Assembly (NCBI GenBank): GCA_964563305.1
Contig: CAZLXK010000001.1
Span: forward strand, 1 to 63,732
Source of the DNA: an uncultured Treponema sp.
GTDB taxonomy: Bacteria > Spirochaetota > Spirochaetia > Treponematales > Treponemataceae
Direction of reading: 5' to 3'
Length of the DNA: 63,732 bases
Below the pieces are notes generated by a model. It did not search any database, was not told the origin of the DNA, and was given only the letters and a program-made list of their open reading frames with translations. The translations under genes were made by a program, and so were the position numbers. Shown in pieces: positions 60,219-63,732 of the stretch. How positions within the stretch are numbered: the first letter of the stretch is position 1; every line of letters starts with the position of its first letter.

Positions 60219-60698
60219 ATGAGCGTTTATGATTTTAAGGTAAAAGCGATGAATGGCGATGAAGTTTCGCTTTCTTCTTACAAAGGAAAAGTTTTGCTTA
60301 TTGTAAATACGGCGACAGGTTGTGGATTTACGCCGCAATATAAAGGACTTCAAGAATTGTATACAAAATATAAAGATCAAGGTTTTGAAATTCTTGATTT
60401 TCCTTGTAATCAATTTTTAGGACAAGCTCCAGGAACTGAAGAGGAAATTCATAAGTTTTGCACAGGAAGATTTGGAATTACTTTTCCGCAGTTTGCAAAA
60501 ATTGAAGTTAACGGAAAAAATGAAGATCCTTTATTTAAATACATTAAAAACGAATCAAAAGGAGTAATTGGTTCAAGGATTAAATGGAATTTTACAAAAT
60601 TTTTAGTTGATAAAAATGGAAATGTTTTAAAAAGATTTGCTCCTTCTGATACGCCAGAAAAAATTGATTCTTATGTTGCAGAACAACTTAGCAAATAA
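60219..60698 (+). CDS. Glutathione peroxidase family protein (Cys type)
   Basis: NTATGCGFTPQY, FPCNQF, KWNFTKF. Confidence 0.95.
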   Translation: MSVYDFKVKAMNGDEVSLSSYKGKVLLIVNTATGCGFTPQYKGLQELYTKYKDQGFEILDFPCNQFLGQAPGTEEEIHKFCTGRFGITFPQFAKIEVNGKNEDPLFKYIKNESKGVIGSRIKWNFTKFLVDKNGNVLKRFAPSDTPEKIDSYVAEQLSK

Positions 60699-61065
60699 AA
60701 TTTGTTTTTTTATTGACAAAATTTATTATTAAAATGTCCCAAGTTTGTTGATGAGAGAATGAAAATTTGCGTCAGAAAGGAACATTTTTTTATTTATGAG
60801 ATTTTTTTTGAAGAAGATTTACGCAGTTTTTTTGAATTTTGCTGATATTTTTTGCGGATTTTTCTGCAAGGAAGAGTCGGTTTGTTTTTGTGGCGAAATC
60901 TTAGCACAAGAAAGCTCATAAAACTGCAAGAAAGTGGCACTTTAATTTGCAACTGAAAGTAATGTTGTGGTTTAGACCTTACGGTTGCTGAGAGAAGTCG
61001 AAGCACAAGCACCATGCTAAGTGTAAAATCAGAAAAGAATGCTCCAACAAAAAAATAAAAAAACT

Positions 61066-61081
61066 TGGCACGATTTCTGCA
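61066..61081 (+). promoter_or_regulatory. Sigma54 (-24/-12) promoter for hsp20
   Basis: TGGCAC-gattt-CTGCA with the canonical GG to GC spacing. Confidence 0.75.
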
Positions 61082-61182
61082 TAATGATTAGCGAAGGTTT
61101 TGAAATAAATCAAAAGTTTATGAAAAATCTTTTAGAAACGTTCGGTTTCTAGCCAAAGTTCTTAAAATCAGGAGGTTTTGAT

Positions 61183-61674
61183 ATGAACGATTTAGCACTT
61201 TTTAATAACTTTTTTGATGATTTTGAGGATGACGGATTTGGAATGCCATCTTTAAATTTTAATAGTTTTAGGAATTTTCACACACCAAAAGTTGATGTTA
61301 AGGAAAATAAAGATGCTTACACTTTGCAAATGGATGTTCCTGGAAAAACTGACAAAGATGTGAAAGTTGAATTGAATCATAATGTTTTGACAATTTCTTC
61401 TGAAAATGAAACTCAAGTTGAAAAATCTGAAAATGATGAAAAATCTGCGGAAAATGAAAAAGTTTCTAAAGAAGACAAAAAGTCAGATAAAAAAGATAAC
61501 GGAAAATGGCTTGTAAAAGAAAGAACTTATTCTAAGTTTACAAGAAGTTTTTCTCTTCCTGAAGATGTTGATTGCGACAAAATTAGTGCGGAAGTTAAAA
61601 ATGGCGTTTTGTCTGTAAAAATGCCGCGAAGATCTTTGCCAAGTCCAAAACGAATTGCAATAAATTGTGCTTAA
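61183..61674 (+). CDS. Hsp20/alpha-crystallin small heat shock protein
   Basis: VDVKEN, DVPG, ERTYSKFTRSFSLP, NGVLSV. Confidence 0.95.
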   Translation: MNDLALFNNFFDDFEDDGFGMPSLNFNSFRNFHTPKVDVKENKDAYTLQMDVPGKTDKDVKVELNHNVLTISSENETQVEKSENDEKSAENEKVSKEDKKSDKKDNGKWLVKERTYSKFTRSFSLPEDVDCDKISAEVKNGVLSVKMPRRSLPSPKRIAINCA

Positions 61675-61761
61675 AAGATGATTTAATTTGCGATTTTGAG
61701 AGAAGATTGTGATTGAAGTTTTTAGATTTTTAAGTTTAAGGTTTTAAAATAAAACTTAAGA

Positions 61762-61798
61762 AAGCGATGTAAGATTTTTTCTTACGTCGTTTTTTTTT
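61762..61798 (+). terminator. hsp20 terminator
   Basis: gcgatgtaaga / tcttacgtcgt hairpin followed by T run. Confidence 0.75.
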
Positions 61799-62113
61799 GT
61801 TTGTGATTTTGAGGATTTTTTTGTGTTAAGCGAAAATTTTTATATTAAAAGAAGATTAAAAGAAAGAATTTAATTTAAAAAAGGTCTTGAAAACGTTTTC
61901 AAAAATAGATATTGTTTATAAAAAGACTTTGATTTGTTTTTTTAGTAAAAATTTTAATCAAAAGTCAAAAAATAGAGCCTATTTCAAAAGTCTGTTACGT
62001 TTTGAAACAGGCTTTCAAAAATCTCATTTCATTGCGATTTTTGAGATAAATTTTGTAGAAGTTTCAAAACTCGTCTGACTTTTGAAACTTCCTTAATATT
62101 TTGCGAGGAAAAG

Positions 62114-63193
62114 ATGCGAAAATCAAAAAAAATTTTTTTAGTTTTTAGTTTAGTTTTTTGCGTTACAGGAATTTTTGAAATTTCGGCTGCGGAAAAAAAA
62201 TCTCAAGAAAAGGCGGAAGTAAAATCAATGGAAAGCTTAAGAATTAAAAACGGACAAACACTTTACGACACAAACGGAAATGTTTTGCATGCTCACGGCG
62301 GTTGGATTTTAAAAGTCGGAAAAACTTATTATTGGTACGGCGAAAATCGGACTGAAAATAATTATGTGTCTTGTTATTCATCAGAAAATTTAGTTGATTG
62401 GGAATTCAAAAATAATATTTTAACAACTGAATCTAAAACGCAAAGCACGCGGGTTAGGGTAGACTTGAAACTTTTTGATGAAGAAAATGGAAAGAAAGTG
62501 AATATTGAGCGTCCGAAAGTTTTGTACAATGAAAAGACAAAAAAATATGTAATGTGGGCACATTATGAAAATGGAATAAATTACAGCAAGGCGGCGGTTG
62601 CAGTTGCGAGTTGCGACACTCCAGACGGAGATTTTATTTATCACGGAAGTTTTAATCCTTTTGGAAATATGAGTCGCGATTGTACGGTTTTTGTTGATGA
62701 TGGAAAAGCGTATTTTGCTTCGGCTGCACGCGGAAATGCTGATATGATTTTGTATCTTTTGCAAGATGATTATCTTAACGTGGAAAAGCAAGTTGGAACT
62801 TTTTGGAGCAATGAATATAGAGAAGCACCAGCGTTTGTTAAAGTAAAAGACAAATATTATTGTTTTTCTTCGTTTTGTACGGGTTGGGATCCAAATCAAT
62901 GCAAATATACGTTTACTAAAGATTTTGAAAGTGGATTTGGACGGCTTAGTGAAATTGGAGATGAAACAACTTATCGCTCTCAGCCAGCGTTTATTCTTAC
63001 AATCCAAGGTAGCAAAAAAACGTCTTATGTTTACGTGGGCGACAGATGGAACGGAAACGAATATCATAGTTCAACTTACACTTGGTTTCCGCTTACGTTT
63101 AACAAAGATGGCAGCGTAGAAATGACTTATTGCGACGAACTTGAAATAAATGCTCAAACTGGCGAAATAAATCCGATTGTTTACGAAAAGTGA
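62114..63193 (+). CDS. Exported glycoside hydrolase family 43 (exo-beta-1,3-galactanase-like)
   Basis: Signal peptide; AHGG, YYWYGE, ERPKV, SRD, REAPA, GWDPN, SQP. Confidence 0.88.
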   Translation: MRKSKKIFLVFSLVFCVTGIFEISAAEKKSQEKAEVKSMESLRIKNGQTLYDTNGNVLHAHGGWILKVGKTYYWYGENRTENNYVSCYSSENLVDWEFKNNILTTESKTQSTRVRVDLKLFDEENGKKVNIERPKVLYNEKTKKYVMWAHYENGINYSKAAVAVASCDTPDGDFIYHGSFNPFGNMSRDCTVFVDDGKAYFASAARGNADMILYLLQDDYLNVEKQVGTFWSNEYREAPAFVKVKDKYYCFSSFCTGWDPNQCKYTFTKDFESGFGRLSEIGDETTYRSQPAFILTIQGSKKTSYVYVGDRWNGNEYHSSTYTWFPLTFNKDGSVEMTYCDELEINAQTGEINPIVYEK

Positions 63194-63469
63194 TTTTTTT
63201 TCTCGCGGATTTTGTGCTGATTTTTAAGATTTTTGACAAAATTTGCACTTTTTGTTTGGAATCTGGCGGTTTTTAAAGACTTGATTAGTAGGCAGATTTT
63301 TTAGAGAAGTTTGTGAATTTTATTTTTCAGCGAAGATCAACTGTGAGGGCGGCGGCAACTTTCTTGAAAACTACTTTTGCTTTTTTAGCAAAGTTTTGAT
63401 TTTTTTTATAAAACTGCCGCCGCCTTTTTGTATAAAATTTTTAAGTCGCAAGAAGTTAAGTTAGAGTTT

Positions 63470-63732
63470 TTTTAGAAAGTGACGCTTGGATAAGTCACAG
63501 AGGACTTAGCCCAGATTGTTTTTGACCTCCTGTCAATCACGAGAATTTGCAAAGCAAATTCTCAGAATCTCTTAAGATTTACGGCGACCTCCTTGTCGCC
63601 ATCTTTGAGTTTTAGAGTGCATTCTCGAAGTAACGTGGGCGGGCAATTTGCCCGCCCACCCACAGAGGATTTAGCCCCGATTGGAACACCGCCAACGGCG
63701 TTCTCTGCAAAATTTGTATTGTAAATGATTGC
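63470..63732 (+). repeat. Two tandem dispersed modular repeat copies (cut by window edge)
   Basis: cacagaggacttagccc near 63495 and cacagaggatttagccccgattg at 63661; module shared with 18376-18445. Confidence 0.85.

Noticed and set aside
60219-60698. Selenoprotein glutathione peroxidase
   Set aside because: The active-site codon is TGT (Cys) and there is no in-frame TGA.
62420-63067. 215-aa antisense ORF and the other short ORFs nested in long genes
   Set aside because: Shadow frames of well-supported genes with no recognisable motifs.
1-63732. tRNA, rRNA or transposase genes
   Set aside because: None recognised by eye; tRNAscan-SE and IS searches were not run.

Overview
AT-rich, Treponema-like spirochaete DNA (inferred from the spirochaete-type S21 protein, a P13-like porin and spirochaetal lipoprotein signals). 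The window holds an oppABCDF operon, an OmpR-family two-component pair, a DegV/DAK2/PlsY fatty-acid kinase cluster, and a ~21-kb cobalamin-riboswitch-controlled B12 uptake and anaerobic biosynthesis operon. It also holds hypBA, a lipase-ABC exporter locus, rpsU, a large outer-membrane metallopeptidase-like protein, punA, gpx, hsp20 (sigma54-type promoter) and a GH43. The most notable system is a plasmid-type replicon core set among these housekeeping genes, with no integrase or transfer genes nearby. It comprises a RepA-family initiator, a 17-bp iteron array with DnaA boxes and an AT-rich repeat, and a type Ib-like ParA plus a small RHH-like partner. It also has a centromere-like ATTAAA array with a second copy ~41 kb away, just upstream of the B12 promoter. 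This points to a chromid, secondary chromosome or megaplasmid. Other observations: an A9 tract that splits cbiK from its C-terminal domain, a truncated lipoprotein followed by two homologous C-terminal cassettes, a dense modular intergenic repeat family, REP-like palindromes and 21-bp repeats inside proteins, unusual fusions in the cob operon, and no cbiL.
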